The notes under the pieces are model-generated. The model saw nothing but the letters and a program-made list of their open reading frames with translations, ran no database searches and was not told the DNA's origin. From NCBI GenBank assembly GCA_001029755.1, contig CP011214.1, forward strand, positions 711,258 to 775,257: DNA of 64,000 nucleotides, given 5' to 3'. This document shows, piece by piece, positions 1 to 10,016 of this stretch (position 1 is its first letter; every line of letters begins with the position of its first letter). The DNA comes from Candidatus Woesebacteria bacterium GW2011_GWF1_31_35 (GTDB taxonomy: Bacteria > Patescibacteriota > Microgenomatia > UBA8517). A program made the translations under genes and the position numbers.

Positions 1-294
1 CCGGCCGTATCTATGTTCATACTAATTATTTGACTTACTTCTCCTGGAATTGTTGCAATAAGACCACTTGACGTCCTTACAACAGTTGCCCTTGATGTTA
101 TCTCTCTTTCACCCTCCTCTATATTTACTTTACTTTTTCTCCCAATAATTTCTGCAATTGTTACAATTTGATTATCAATATTATCTTCTTCACTAAAACC
201 AATCACACCTTTCCTATTGGAAGCTTTTTTGTAAGCTTCAACCTGTCGATTTTGTTTCATTAATTTATCACTAATATTTTCTGGAGTCATACAA
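1..294 (-). CDS. hypothetical protein, 5'-complete and 3'-truncated at the window edge; the C-terminal part resembles an AbrB/MazE-type swapped-hairpin domain
   Basis: Reverse-strand ATG at about 292-294 opens a reading frame that runs off the window start. Translation begins MTPENISDKLMKQNRQVEAYKK and includes VVRTSSGLIATIPGEVSQII, which is reminiscent of AbrB/MazE looped-hinge motifs. It is not in the ORF track because it is partial. Confidence 0.3.
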
Positions 295-413
295 GTATTA
301 TACAGGCGTAGGTCAACAAATGTATTTAATAATTGAAGTTTCTGTTATGAATCAAATTTTTTTTATTACAGCACATTCAAAAGTACTGGCTACTTCTTCT
401 TTTCTTGTCACAA

Positions 414-599
414 TTATTTATTATTTATTGAAATAAAAACTGGTTTATGATAGTCGTTTAATTCTCTTGCAATTCTTGCTTTAATCTTTGCTTCTTGAGA
501 ACTTGAAATTTTGGGTTCAAGTGGATTATCTAACCCACGAAGTTCTGCTAATAATTCATTGTTACTTTTTTTACCAGTTTTTAAATTTTCTACTCTCAT
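414..599 (-). CDS. hypothetical small protein (61 aa)
   Basis: ORF track entry with no recognisable motif. It lies directly upstream of the partial AbrB-like ORF on the same strand. Confidence 0.3.
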   Translation of the reverse strand: MRVENLKTGKKSNNELLAELRGLDNPLEPKISSSQEAKIKARIARELNDYHKPVFISINNK

Positions 600-646
600 A
601 ATCTAAAATAGCAAATCAAATTTAATATGTAAATACATAAAAATTG

Positions 647-1390
647 ATGTTTTATAGTATACTAATAGCTATAAAAATGAATAAGTATTCAAGGCGTGCA
701 AGTGTAGAAGAAAAAAAGAATATTAAAAATGCATATCTTTACGTAGTGTTATCAATTGCTGCAATAGGTTTTTTAATTTTTTTAGGACTTCCCACATTAA
801 TTAAATTTGCAGGCTTTTTAGGAGACTTGGGAAAATCTAATAAACCTGTTGATATAACTGATATAACACCTCCTGCACCACCACAGTTTGATTCAATTCC
901 AGAATATACTAATAATGAAAAATTAGAAATTGCCGGAACGTCTGAAAATGGGGCTGTTGTTACTATAACTGCAAATGGTGATTCAAGTGAAGTTGTTGCA
1001 AATAGTGATGGAAGATTTAGTTTTTTGTTTAATTTAAACAAAGGTGATAACACAATTGAAGCCAAAGCAAAAGATACTGCGGGAAATGAAAGTACTAAAA
1101 CTAAAATTATCAAAATAATATTTGATAATACTGAACCTAGTTTAGAGAACTTAAGTCCATCTGATGGATTATCTTTTTATGGTTCCGGGCAAAGGCAATT
1201 AGTAATTAAAGGAAACACAAATGAAAAAGTAAATTTATTAATTAATGAAAGAGTAGTATCTGTTAAAGACGACAAAACATTTTCCTACGCAACCACCCTT
1301 TCTGAAGGTGTAAATTCATTTGAAATAAAAGCAACTGATATGGCAGGTAACGAAACCAAATCATCCTTTTCTGTTAACTTTACTCCCTAA
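647..1390 (+). CDS. membrane-anchored or secreted protein with two bacterial Ig-like repeats
   Basis: The N-terminus has a basic stretch followed by a hydrophobic helix (VVLSIAAIGFLIFLGL). Two similar repeats of about 90 aa each end in AKDTAGNES and ATDMAGNET, which are typical of Big/Ig-like surface domains. The track start at 644 is TTG, so I used the ATG at 647. Confidence 0.5.
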   Translation: MFYSILIAIKMNKYSRRASVEEKKNIKNAYLYVVLSIAAIGFLIFLGLPTLIKFAGFLGDLGKSNKPVDITDITPPAPPQFDSIPEYTNNEKLEIAGTSENGAVVTITANGDSSEVVANSDGRFSFLFNLNKGDNTIEAKAKDTAGNESTKTKIIKIIFDNTEPSLENLSPSDGLSFYGSGQRQLVIKGNTNEKVNLLINERVVSVKDDKTFSYATTLSEGVNSFEIKATDMAGNETKSSFSVNFTP

Positions 1391-2434
1391 TCCTAAAAGG
1401 ATAAAAATCCAATACATTACCCAAGGATAAAATAGACTATTCGCAAATGTAGAGTGAATTAAAACTATCAAGAAACTAATAGTTAATAAAGGATAACTTG
1501 GAATTGAAAAGATAAAACTTATAAATAAAAATAAACCTACAATTCCAGTTGTAGCTAAAATAAATAATATTGAGGAATCTGATCCAAAACATGAATGAGA
1601 AGTAATATTAGTATCATTTAAATAAATTTGTCTTGCAGGACACAAATTATTAAAACCAATCCCGATAACAGGAGATTTAGTTATAATTTTTAAAGTTTCT
1701 TTGTAATTTATAATTTTTAAATTAGTAGATGAAGTTCTTACTAAATTAACTCCTTCTCCACCCATGTTTTTGGGAAGAAAAAATATTGAAATTAAAAATA
1801 AAAATACGATTAAATATTTTTTAAAATAAATTAGTAATAGTATAAATATTAGATATGAAACCCTTGAATACGTAAATAAAATACTTATTCCTAAAAATAT
1901 TAAGCTTAATTTTCTATTTTCTTTTAAAGCAATAATCGATCCTAGAACTAAGATAATAGATGTAAAAGTAGGATCCAAAAAAGTTCCCACTAATCTATAC
2001 AAATGATCATCCCAACCTAAATATTTTAAAGCAACAAGGTTGGGCCAATTTATATATTGGATCCATCCAAAGACTGCAGTCACAATTGAAATTGATAAAA
2101 GTGAATTTATTATAAATTTTCTGTCCTTTTGTGATTTGAAAAAATTGTATATAAAAATTGGAATCATTGAATAAAACAAAAGTCTTACTCCATACATCAA
2201 ACCCTTTACCAAAAGATCACTTTTGAGAATAAATACATTTATACCCCAAGAGAAAAATCCAAAAAGAATAAAGGAAAGTAGGTAGATATACCATGAAGGT
2301 ATTTTGGGCTTTCTAAGCAGTGTATAAACCACAATTAAAAAAACAGTCACGTCAAGAAAACTAATTGGTCCTAATTTTGCAATTTGTCCAAATGGAAAAA
2401 TTACTAGGCTTGTAAAAAGTAAAGCTTTGTCCAT
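1361..2434 (-). CDS. O-antigen ligase/polymerase family (Wzy_C-like) integral membrane protein
   Basis: About 10 predicted TM helices. The TYSRVSYL motif within a periplasmic loop matches the Wzy_C/WaaL arginine region. It neighbours a flippase and glycosyltransferases. Confidence 0.55.
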   Translation of the reverse strand: MDKALLFTSLVIFPFGQIAKLGPISFLDVTVFLIVVYTLLRKPKIPSWYIYLLSFILFGFFSWGINVFILKSDLLVKGLMYGVRLLFYSMIPIFIYNFFKSQKDRKFIINSLLSISIVTAVFGWIQYINWPNLVALKYLGWDDHLYRLVGTFLDPTFTSIILVLGSIIALKENRKLSLIFLGISILFTYSRVSYLIFILLLIYFKKYLIVFLFLISIFFLPKNMGGEGVNLVRTSSTNLKIINYKETLKIITKSPVIGIGFNNLCPARQIYLNDTNITSHSCFGSDSSILFILATTGIVGLFLFISFIFSIPSYPLLTISFLIVLIHSTFANSLFYPWVMYWIFILLGLGSKVNRKG

Positions 2435-2991
2435 GATAAAAATGAATGTAGAGATTGCATCAAACTAAACTCAAAACCTCTACCTAATAATAGATTATAG
2501 ATTAATTTTAAAATTGGGTAAAAAATAATTTTACCTAAGTTTGCTTTTTTACCTTCCTTATTATTTTCTAAAGCATGTAAATCGGACTGAAAATTTATTT
2601 TTTCTATGTAATCATGTAGATTTTGAGCTGTTGTGTGAATAATATAATTTTTTAATTGTTTTATAGGTCCTTTAACCTGCCATACTTCATGAACTCTCCG
2701 AACCCATTTACCAGAATTTTTCTTTGCAAGCCTCAAAACTCTATCATGACCAATAATTTTACTTAAAAATTTAATTCTTCTCTTTATATAATAACCTTCA
2801 TATTTATTTGGTAAATTATTTATTTCATTTACAATTTCATTTTTTAATTCATTGGTTACTATTTCATCTTTATCTAAAAACAATATCCAATCAGATTTTG
2901 ATTTTTCTAAAAGATTATTTCTTTCTAATGAAAAATTGCTAATATTCTTTTTATCAAGAGTAATTATTTCTAAATTATTTTTTTGAATCAT
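2404..2991 (-). CDS. GT2-like protein lacking the N-terminal half of the GT-A fold (195 aa)
   Basis: DWILFLDKDE resembles the DWVLxLDADE motif of KdtX/WaaE-type family 2 glycosyltransferases, but only about 38 aa precede it and there is no N-terminal IIPTYN-type segment. It has an ATG start and a 4-nt ATGA overlap with the upstream flippase gene. Confidence 0.4.
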   Translation of the reverse strand: MIQKNNLEIITLDKKNISNFSLERNNLLEKSKSDWILFLDKDEIVTNELKNEIVNEINNLPNKYEGYYIKRRIKFLSKIIGHDRVLRLAKKNSGKWVRRVHEVWQVKGPIKQLKNYIIHTTAQNLHDYIEKINFQSDLHALENNKEGKKANLGKIIFYPILKLIYNLLLGRGFEFSLMQSLHSFLSWTKLYFLQA

Positions 2992-4211
2992 GTTTGTTTA
3001 AGTATTTTAATAGTCCAATACATAGACATCGGAATTGTGACAATAGTTCCAATTATTGTTGAAACTGCAGTTCCTCTAATACCAAACTTATTGGTTAAGG
3101 GAAAAATTGTTAAACCTAAACCTAAAATTCCAACAAGTGTAATCCAAGTAATCCAATTTTGTTTCCCAATTCCTAAAAATAATGGGAAAACCGAATTAGT
3201 CAAAGCTTTTAAAATTCCAAAAATAGCCAAGATTTGCAAAACCCCTACAGTATCAAGCCAATTTTTACCGAGTAAAATATTTACTGTTTGATATGGAAAA
3301 AGGAAAATTAGAATACCAAAAGGAATAACTAACGCAAAAGTTCCTAAAAATGTTTTCAAAAATACCGATCTCAAGTTTTTTAAATCTTTTTTATATTTCG
3401 AATAGTAAGGAAAAGTAACTTTTGAAAATATTTCACCCATTTCAGAGACAGGCAAAGAAGAAATTCTATATGCTTGTTGATATAACCCAAGTGGATATAC
3501 TCCCAATACTTTCCCAACTACCAAGTCATCTCCATGCTGAAATATATAATTAAAAACCCCTGCAAATGTAATCCAGATACCTTTTTTAATTACAAATTTA
3601 AAACTTTCCAAATGAAAAATAAGTTTGGGTTTGGGTGAGATAAAGAAAAGAGAAATAAAAACTTCAACTAAAGCTCCTGCGATAAGACCACATATAAGTG
3701 AAAGTTCACTTTTTGTTAAGAAACCTAATAAAATTGCTGTTATAGCTTCTACAGAAATAAGAATTCCTTTAAATATAAATTCTTTTTTAAAATTTAAATT
3801 TTTTTGAAATTTAACCTCAGCTGGGTTTATAAAACCACGAATTAAAGGTACAAATGCTGTTAAATAAAGAATTTTAATTGCTGAAGGATTATTAAAAAAC
3901 TTAGAGATTAATGGTGTTAAAAGAAAAATAATTAAACTTAAAAATATGCCTCTTATTATAGACACAATCCAAGAAGAACTAATATGTTTTTCTAGACCGT
4001 CTTTTTCTTGTATCAAAACTACGTTAATCCCAGTCTCTGTGATTATTTCTAAAAATCCCAAAACTAAAGATGCTATTCCAAATATCCCAAATTGTAATGG
4101 ACTTAAAATTCTTGCAAGTATCAATGTCTTTATAAAAGCAAATGCTTTAGCACCAATTCTTAAGGCTCCCATCCAACTTAATCCATAAATTATATTGGTT
4201 TTATTAATCAT
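2988..4211 (-). CDS. polysaccharide flippase (Wzx/MOP superfamily)
   Basis: The 407-aa polytopic protein has the N-terminus MINKTNIIYGLSWMGALRIGAKAFAFIKTLILARILSPLQFGIFGIASL, which is typical of oligosaccharide flippase/PST family proteins. Confidence 0.75.
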   Translation of the reverse strand: MINKTNIIYGLSWMGALRIGAKAFAFIKTLILARILSPLQFGIFGIASLVLGFLEIITETGINVVLIQEKDGLEKHISSSWIVSIIRGIFLSLIIFLLTPLISKFFNNPSAIKILYLTAFVPLIRGFINPAEVKFQKNLNFKKEFIFKGILISVEAITAILLGFLTKSELSLICGLIAGALVEVFISLFFISPKPKLIFHLESFKFVIKKGIWITFAGVFNYIFQHGDDLVVGKVLGVYPLGLYQQAYRISSLPVSEMGEIFSKVTFPYYSKYKKDLKNLRSVFLKTFLGTFALVIPFGILIFLFPYQTVNILLGKNWLDTVGVLQILAIFGILKALTNSVFPLFLGIGKQNWITWITLVGILGLGLTIFPLTNKFGIRGTAVSTIIGTIVTIPMSMYWTIKILKQT

Positions 4212-4216
4212 TGGAA

Positions 4217-5182
4217 TTATTTTATTTTACTTCTTACGCCTATTGTACCAGCTAAAAATCCATACATAGTAACAAAATCTGTTAAAACTTGAATTATAGG
4301 TAAATATAGCCTAGCTAAATTTCCCTTAATTAAACTTTTCCATTTTATTATTGGATAAAATAAGTATAAAGTCACCAAAATTATAAAATATGGAAGTGAG
4401 GAAGGATTGAAAAAAGAATAAACTAGTAGTAGTGTTCCTATTAAATAGCGGGTAAATATTGCTGATATTCTAATATTGTGCGACGAAAGTTGTTTTGTTG
4501 GATGCCACCAGATTTTAGCTTGTCCATCCCCTTTTGAATAAACAAAAACTTTTTGAAGAAAAGTTTTTAAATAAAGTGTCTTAACTTCACCCCACTCTAC
4601 CCTAGCAGATTTTTCGCGTATAATTTTCACGCCATTTTTCACGCATTTATAGAAAAATTCTGTATCTTCACCACCTCTTTCTAAATTTTCATTAAACCCT
4701 CCAACTTCTTCCCAAACTGATTTTCTAAAAGCAACTGACCTTGCAGAAGGCAAAAAGGCTTGATCAAATTTTTGAGGTAATATTCCAAGATATACTCTTA
4801 TAGCTTTCTGAAATGAATTTATGTAAGGCATATTATAAAAGCCAGCAATTAATCCTACTTTTTCATGCTTAAAATGGTATGTTATTTTTTCTAGCCAGTC
4901 TTTATTTGCGATACAACCTGAATCAGTTGTTGCAATAATATCACTATTTGCTAGTTCTATTGAAATGTTTCTACAATGCGCAATAGTTCCTTTCTCGATA
5001 AAAAATTTTATTCTATTATCTTTTTTTAAAAAATGACGAATTATTTCTACAGTTTTATCTTTTGATCCTCCATCTACAATGATAATCTCATCTGGTCTTT
5101 TAGTTTGGTGAGTAAGAGAAATTAACAAACTACCAATAGATTTCTCTTCATTTAGGGTAGTAATGCAGATGGATATTTTCAT
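4217..5182 (-). CDS. glycosyltransferase family 2
   Basis: The N-terminus is KISICITTLNEEKSIGSLLISL, there is a DGGSKD (DxD-like) motif, and the C-terminal 80 aa are hydrophobic, as in membrane-anchored GT2 enzymes. Confidence 0.8.
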   Translation of the reverse strand: MKISICITTLNEEKSIGSLLISLTHQTKRPDEIIIVDGGSKDKTVEIIRHFLKKDNRIKFFIEKGTIAHCRNISIELANSDIIATTDSGCIANKDWLEKITYHFKHEKVGLIAGFYNMPYINSFQKAIRVYLGILPQKFDQAFLPSARSVAFRKSVWEEVGGFNENLERGGEDTEFFYKCVKNGVKIIREKSARVEWGEVKTLYLKTFLQKVFVYSKGDGQAKIWWHPTKQLSSHNIRISAIFTRYLIGTLLLVYSFFNPSSLPYFIILVTLYLFYPIIKWKSLIKGNLARLYLPIIQVLTDFVTMYGFLAGTIGVRSKIK

Positions 5183-6321
5183 TTTTTGTGATTAGTGTAA
5201 ATCAATATAAATATTGTAAGCCAAAATAGTATTAATTTAGGATAATAATTAAATTGAGAAAGAATTGAGATAGAGCTTAATAAAGATAATATATAAAGAA
5301 GTTTTTCAAATTTAGTATTTTTTACAGAAATAAAGCACAAAAGTATTAAGGGCATAATTGAAACATAAAGAAATCTCATATTAGATGTTATTATTTGCCT
5401 AGAAAAATCAGAAGGGAAAAACAAAAAGGGTATAAAATTTAAAACTGATATCACAATTAAACTTTTATTAATTTTTGACTTTGAAATAAATAAAAATATA
5501 GGAATCAAAACCCAAATTAGATACTCAGAAATTAGTGCCTCCACGAAGAGATATAAACCATTTGATGTAAGTAAAGGTTTATATGTTTCTACTAATTGAA
5601 AATCACTACTTCCTGTAAATCCCAAGATGTTTATTGGATAGAAAGGGTTATTAATTAATAAATAATTTCTAAAATACCAAAAACCACCAATCGTCAAAAT
5701 TGGAAGGAAAAGATAGATTAAATTCTTTATATTAATTTTTTTAAATATTACTTTGAAATAAACAAGAAATAAAATTAATAGATAAACTAAACCTGAATAT
5801 TTAACTCCAATTATTAATCCCAAAGATAAGCCTAACGGCAGTAAACTTTTTAATTTTTCATTTTCAAATTTTTTAATAAAAAGTAATGCTAAAGAGAAAA
5901 ATATCAAAAGCCAAATATCTATCGTCTGATTAGGAATTAACCTAATAATCGAATTAAGTGTAATTACTGATACAGAAAATATATTTGAAACATATTTATT
6001 AATTCCATATTCATCGGAAAGGATTTTTAAAACAAAAAACAAAATAATAATTGCAACAATGTTAAAAAAACCTAATGGGATCCCTAATAAAATAAATATT
6101 GAAAGTATTACTTCTCCTACTGCAGGATAAAATCCCAAACCATGACTTAAATTTGGAGGATTTAAAATATTGCCTTTTAAAATACTTTCTGCAATTGGAA
6201 TATGATAAGTAAGACTATCAGATTCATTTAATAGATTAGGGTTTGTTGTTAATGCATTGAATGAAAAATAAATAATAATAAATATAAATATCCCTATAAA
6301 AATTTTTGTTAATATCTTCAT
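5179..6321 (-). CDS. polytopic integral membrane protein (glycan polymerase or GT-C-like), hypothetical
   Basis: The 380-aa protein is hydrophobic almost throughout (about 10 TM helices) with no soluble domain. Its glycan-assembly role is inferred from the surrounding GT/flippase genes. Confidence 0.4.
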   Translation of the reverse strand: MKILTKIFIGIFIFIIIYFSFNALTTNPNLLNESDSLTYHIPIAESILKGNILNPPNLSHGLGFYPAVGEVILSIFILLGIPLGFFNIVAIIILFFVLKILSDEYGINKYVSNIFSVSVITLNSIIRLIPNQTIDIWLLIFFSLALLFIKKFENEKLKSLLPLGLSLGLIIGVKYSGLVYLLILFLVYFKVIFKKINIKNLIYLFLPILTIGGFWYFRNYLLINNPFYPINILGFTGSSDFQLVETYKPLLTSNGLYLFVEALISEYLIWVLIPIFLFISKSKINKSLIVISVLNFIPFLFFPSDFSRQIITSNMRFLYVSIMPLILLCFISVKNTKFEKLLYILSLLSSISILSQFNYYPKLILFWLTIFILIYTNHKK

Positions 6322-6322
6322 A

Positions 6323-7174
6323 TCATTTCCATAATTTTAAATAACTATTTGTAACATCATTCCAAGTTACATTTTTAATTTTTGAATAGTTTTTTTCAAT
6401 TTCATCCCAATAGTCTGCCTTTAAAGGATTATTAGGAAACGTCATTATTTTACATTTTAAATTTCTAGCTTCTAAATAAGATAAATATCCTGAAGGCACA
6501 CAATATTCTGCTTCTTGTAAATATTTTTCTGGATCTTTGCTTCCTAATACTTTCCCGAATTTTCTACATTTATCTTTGAGGTCTCCTACACCTATAAATG
6601 TTATTTTATAGACAGGATGTAACTTTAACCACTTTAAAAATTCAAGAAGTCCAGTATCTTTTTCAAGTCTTCCTAAATAAATAATTGTGTTTGAAATTTT
6701 ATGAATAGCAGACTCAATATTAATTTTATCTACTGCTCCATAAATAATAATATCACTTTTAATTCCATACCACTTATTTATATAATCGCCTACTGAAATA
6801 GTTTTGAGGGATAATTTATTTGCAATTCTTTTTTGAAGTATATTTATAAACGGTATTGGATATTTTCCTTCCCAACCATGAAATGTAGTAAATACACGTT
6901 TATTAGGATATAAAAACTTAAATGGCAAATACCAAATAAATACATCATGAACATGAACTATTTCGCTTTCCAAAATTTTCTTTCTATTTTTGAATAACCA
7001 AAACCATATATATAAAAGTCCTAATATCTTTATGTGTGGGTAATTAATATCTTTTTCAGAAATAGTTTCAATTGTATTTCCCAATCTTATTAGATTGAGG
7101 GTTATTTTATAGCAATGTTTTTCAACTCCACCTACGTGAGGCCAGACAAATTTAGATATAAAAAGTATTTTCAT
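6323..7174 (-). CDS. compact GT-B glycosyltransferase (GT4-like)
   Basis: MKILFISKFVWPHVGGVEKH has a Glyco_trans_4-like N-terminus and IIYLGRLEKDTG resembles the C-domain start of GT4 enzymes. At 283 aa it is short for a GT-B protein. Confidence 0.5.
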   Translation of the reverse strand: MKILFISKFVWPHVGGVEKHCYKITLNLIRLGNTIETISEKDINYPHIKILGLLYIWFWLFKNRKKILESEIVHVHDVFIWYLPFKFLYPNKRVFTTFHGWEGKYPIPFINILQKRIANKLSLKTISVGDYINKWYGIKSDIIIYGAVDKINIESAIHKISNTIIYLGRLEKDTGLLEFLKWLKLHPVYKITFIGVGDLKDKCRKFGKVLGSKDPEKYLQEAEYCVPSGYLSYLEARNLKCKIMTFPNNPLKADYWDEIEKNYSKIKNVTWNDVTNSYLKLWK

Positions 7175-7851
7175 TTCTTTTTTGCAACTAAAACAACCAA
7201 ATTTGGCTTGCGTACTTTTAAAAATTTGTTTATTAAGTTTTTTATAAAATATCTGTCTTTAAATGCAAATAAATATATTTCCTTTTTAATCTCAAAAGAC
7301 GATTTTTTTAACTCATTTTTTATAATATTATGATTGTAAATTCTAAGATGCCCATTTAATAATTTATCTTTTTTTGATTCATTTAAGGGGACAGAAACTA
7401 TTAACAAGCCGTTATTTTTTAATACTTTTTTAATTTGTAATAACGAGATATCTATTTTATTTTTAGGTATGTGTTCTAATATATCAATCGCTAAAACACA
7501 ATTAAAAAAATTATTTTTATAAGGAATTTTAAATATGCTAGCCTTTTTAAAATCCCCTTTATAAAATTTTTGAGCAAAATTTATAGCATAATTTGAAATA
7601 TCAATTCCATATACTGATAAATTTAAATTAAGCTTCTCAATTAAATACTCAATATAACCATAACCGAAACCGATATCTAATATGTTTCCAGATATTTTTT
7701 TTAATTGACTAATTATCAATTTATTTTTATGAATAAAAACTGGAGATTTCAAAATTATCTTTCTGTTATTCTTTAGTTTTTCATCCCAAAACTTATCTGT
7801 ATTTGGATTTGGTAAATTATCTTCTTGACAACAATATCTTTTAAGTTTCAT
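7171..7851 (-). CDS. class I SAM-dependent methyltransferase
   Basis: ILDIGFGYGYIEYLI is motif I (GxGxG) and LAIDILEHIP is motif II/post-II. The track start at 7878 is TTG and would overlap the divergent gene at 7863. I used the in-frame ATG at 7851 (MKLKRYCC). Confidence 0.7.
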   Translation of the reverse strand: MKLKRYCCQEDNLPNPNTDKFWDEKLKNNRKIILKSPVFIHKNKLIISQLKKISGNILDIGFGYGYIEYLIEKLNLNLSVYGIDISNYAINFAQKFYKGDFKKASIFKIPYKNNFFNCVLAIDILEHIPKNKIDISLLQIKKVLKNNGLLIVSVPLNESKKDKLLNGHLRIYNHNIIKNELKKSSFEIKKEIYLFAFKDRYFIKNLINKFLKVRKPNLVVLVAKKK

Positions 7852-7862
7852 ATTTATATTGG

Positions 7863-10016
7863 ATGAATAAACATACAAAATTATTTCTATCTAGTCTAAT
7901 ATTTCTAATTGCTTCTATAGTATATATATTTCTTCCTAGAAATTCTCTATCTGCCGAAACTTTAAGTAGTTGGACAAATTCTGCTTCAATGCCAGATATC
8001 AATGGTGTTGCTAGTCACTATTCATTTATATCTAATAATAAACTTTATATATTAGGTGGAGCTAATTCTGAAGTGATATCTAGTGGTTTATACTCAACAA
8101 TATCTCCGAACGGATTGTTATCTTCTTGGACTAACACCACCTCGCCACTTAATCAGCTTTGGCACTCTGGAACAACTTATGATAGATATGTTTATATACT
8201 TGGAGGAGCAAATTCTTCAATCCAAAACATTAAAGATGTTGTTGTTGGAATTATAGGATCAGATGGAAATATATCGTCTTGGAAAACTACAACACAGTTA
8301 CCACAAACTTTAGCACTTGGAAGTGCTATCACTTTAAACAATAGAATTTATTTTGCGGGAGGATCAACTAATCGTTTTGAATATCAAGCCTCAAGAGATG
8401 AAATATATTTTGCAACAATAAACCCCACAGATGGAACTTTAGACTCATGGACTCTCGCAGGAAATTTACCAGAACCAATGGTGGGTTTTGGAATGGTTGA
8501 AATAAATGGCTATGTTTATATTATTGGAGGCAAAAACTTATCAAATCAAATATTGGATTCCGTTCAAAGAGCCTTTGTCAATCCTGATGGTACATTGGGT
8601 AATTGGAATTCTATGTTTTCACTTCCAAAAGCAGTGACAAGATCAGGAGTAGCCAAGACAAGTAATTTACTGGTTTCTGTAGGAGGAATCACTGTCTCAG
8701 GGATTACTGACTCAGGGATTATTGATGATGTTTTTTTTGCCAAAATAAAGCCTAATGGAGAAATTGATGAATGGACAACAAGCCCTTACAAACTACCAAA
8801 AATAAATTGTTGTTCCCCACTTGTTTCTTGGAATAATCATTTATATTTAACAGGGGGACATTACGGAACTCCGTATGGTTATTATAATGATGTCTTTACA
8901 GCTAAAGTCATTTTTGACACTCCAGAATACATATCTTTAGACGTGCCAAATTTAAAACAATATGAAGGTGGTTGGCAAAATGATTTTTATGGACATACAA
9001 ATAAAACAATTAAAGATTATGGTTGTGCATTAACTTCAGCTTCAATGGTTTTGAAATTTTTTGGACACAATATTGATCCTAGAGAGTTAAACACCTGGCT
9101 AAAAGATCAAAATGATGGTTACATTAGGAATAATTTAGTTAACTGGCTTGCAATTTCAAGATACACAAAACTTCATGAATCAATATCTTCTCCAACACTT
9201 GAATATTTAAGATCATCATTTGAAGCTAATAAAATTCTTAATAATCTTCAAAACAACCTACCCACAATCGTTAAAGTTCCTGGTCATTTTGTTGTCACCA
9301 AAAGCCAAACTGAAACTTCTTTTGGAATAAACGATCCTGGATATAATGACAGAGATGAGTTATCACCTGAATATCCTGATAATCATATCCAATCCTTAAA
9401 CACCTACACACAAAGTCAAACAGATTTATCATATATGATGTTTATAGCCGATAAAGATATTACATTTAAACTTTTTGATTCTTCCAATAATCTTGTTAAT
9501 AATACCCAGACTTATATAGAAGAACCAATAAATGAATTAGACGGATCAAATAAAAGTGGGGAGCCCCTTTCAATCTTAATTTTTTCAAAACCTCCATCTG
9601 GTGAATATAGTTTAGAAATAACAGGTCCAACTGGACCATATCAATTTGATAGTTATTTATATGATGTTAACGGTAACGTAACACAAAATACATTTAATGG
9701 ATACATTTTTGATAACGAAAAAGGTACTTATTTAATTTATTTTAATGGTAATAAAAACGTAGGAGTTTCATATTCTGAAATATACAAATCCTTACAAAAA
9801 GCATTTGAAAATAAATTTATTTTAAATAAAGGAATACTAACTGCAATAAAAGCTCAAATTCAAGCCTCAGAAAAACTTATTAGTAATAGTATGATTTTTC
9901 CTTCCAAAATTATCATTCAAACCTTGATAAAACAAATCCAAAATCTTACGCCAAAATTTATTGACCCAGAATTTTCTTTATCTCTCCTGTCAGATTTGAA
10001 GTCCTTAATTTATTGA
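7863..10016 (+). CDS. secreted or anchored protein with a Kelch-type beta-propeller (about 6 blades) and a C39-like (papain-fold) peptidase domain, plus an about 250-aa C-terminal region of unknown function
   Basis: An N-terminal hydrophobic anchor is present. Six repeats carry (S/D)W(T/K)...LP and Y(I/F)xGG motifs, which are Kelch-like. DYGCALTSASMVLKFFGHNI then supplies a Cys and GHFVVTKSQTETSFGINDPGY a His and Asp/Asn, which matches the Peptidase_C39_2/YvpB-like signature. Confidence 0.6.
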   Translation: MNKHTKLFLSSLIFLIASIVYIFLPRNSLSAETLSSWTNSASMPDINGVASHYSFISNNKLYILGGANSEVISSGLYSTISPNGLLSSWTNTTSPLNQLWHSGTTYDRYVYILGGANSSIQNIKDVVVGIIGSDGNISSWKTTTQLPQTLALGSAITLNNRIYFAGGSTNRFEYQASRDEIYFATINPTDGTLDSWTLAGNLPEPMVGFGMVEINGYVYIIGGKNLSNQILDSVQRAFVNPDGTLGNWNSMFSLPKAVTRSGVAKTSNLLVSVGGITVSGITDSGIIDDVFFAKIKPNGEIDEWTTSPYKLPKINCCSPLVSWNNHLYLTGGHYGTPYGYYNDVFTAKVIFDTPEYISLDVPNLKQYEGGWQNDFYGHTNKTIKDYGCALTSASMVLKFFGHNIDPRELNTWLKDQNDGYIRNNLVNWLAISRYTKLHESISSPTLEYLRSSFEANKILNNLQNNLPTIVKVPGHFVVTKSQTETSFGINDPGYNDRDELSPEYPDNHIQSLNTYTQSQTDLSYMMFIADKDITFKLFDSSNNLVNNTQTYIEEPINELDGSNKSGEPLSILIFSKPPSGEYSLEITGPTGPYQFDSYLYDVNGNVTQNTFNGYIFDNEKGTYLIYFNGNKNVGVSYSEIYKSLQKAFENKFILNKGILTAIKAQIQASEKLISNSMIFPSKIIIQTLIKQIQNLTPKFIDPEFSLSLLSDLKSLIY

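Noticed and set aside
2404-2991. Considered annotating 2404..2991 as a full GT2
   Set aside because: Only about 38 aa precede the DxD-like LDKDE motif and a stop codon closes the frame immediately upstream of the ATG. The N-terminal half of the GT-A fold is therefore missing, and the ORF is reported as a truncated or remnant GT2-like gene.
739-4188. Antisense ORFs from the track (739..1113-, 2983..3291+, 3625..3807+, 3946..4188+) lie inside larger genes. Similar ones are seen throughout (for example 12481..12774-, 12928..13161-, 14595..14861+, 18298..18690+, 21705..21899+, 22175..22372+, 24903..25340+, 27092..27316+, 29225..29479+, 34463..34666+, 37712..37984+, 52010..52940+, 54344..54853+, 58020..58499+, 63503..63691-).
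   Set aside because: Each lies fully within a longer ORF on the opposite strand that has clear family motifs. The translations are low-complexity (for example the PPPPTP run antisense to the GGTGG of ftsZ) and typical of AT-rich frame shadows. None has its own motif or a plausible start context.
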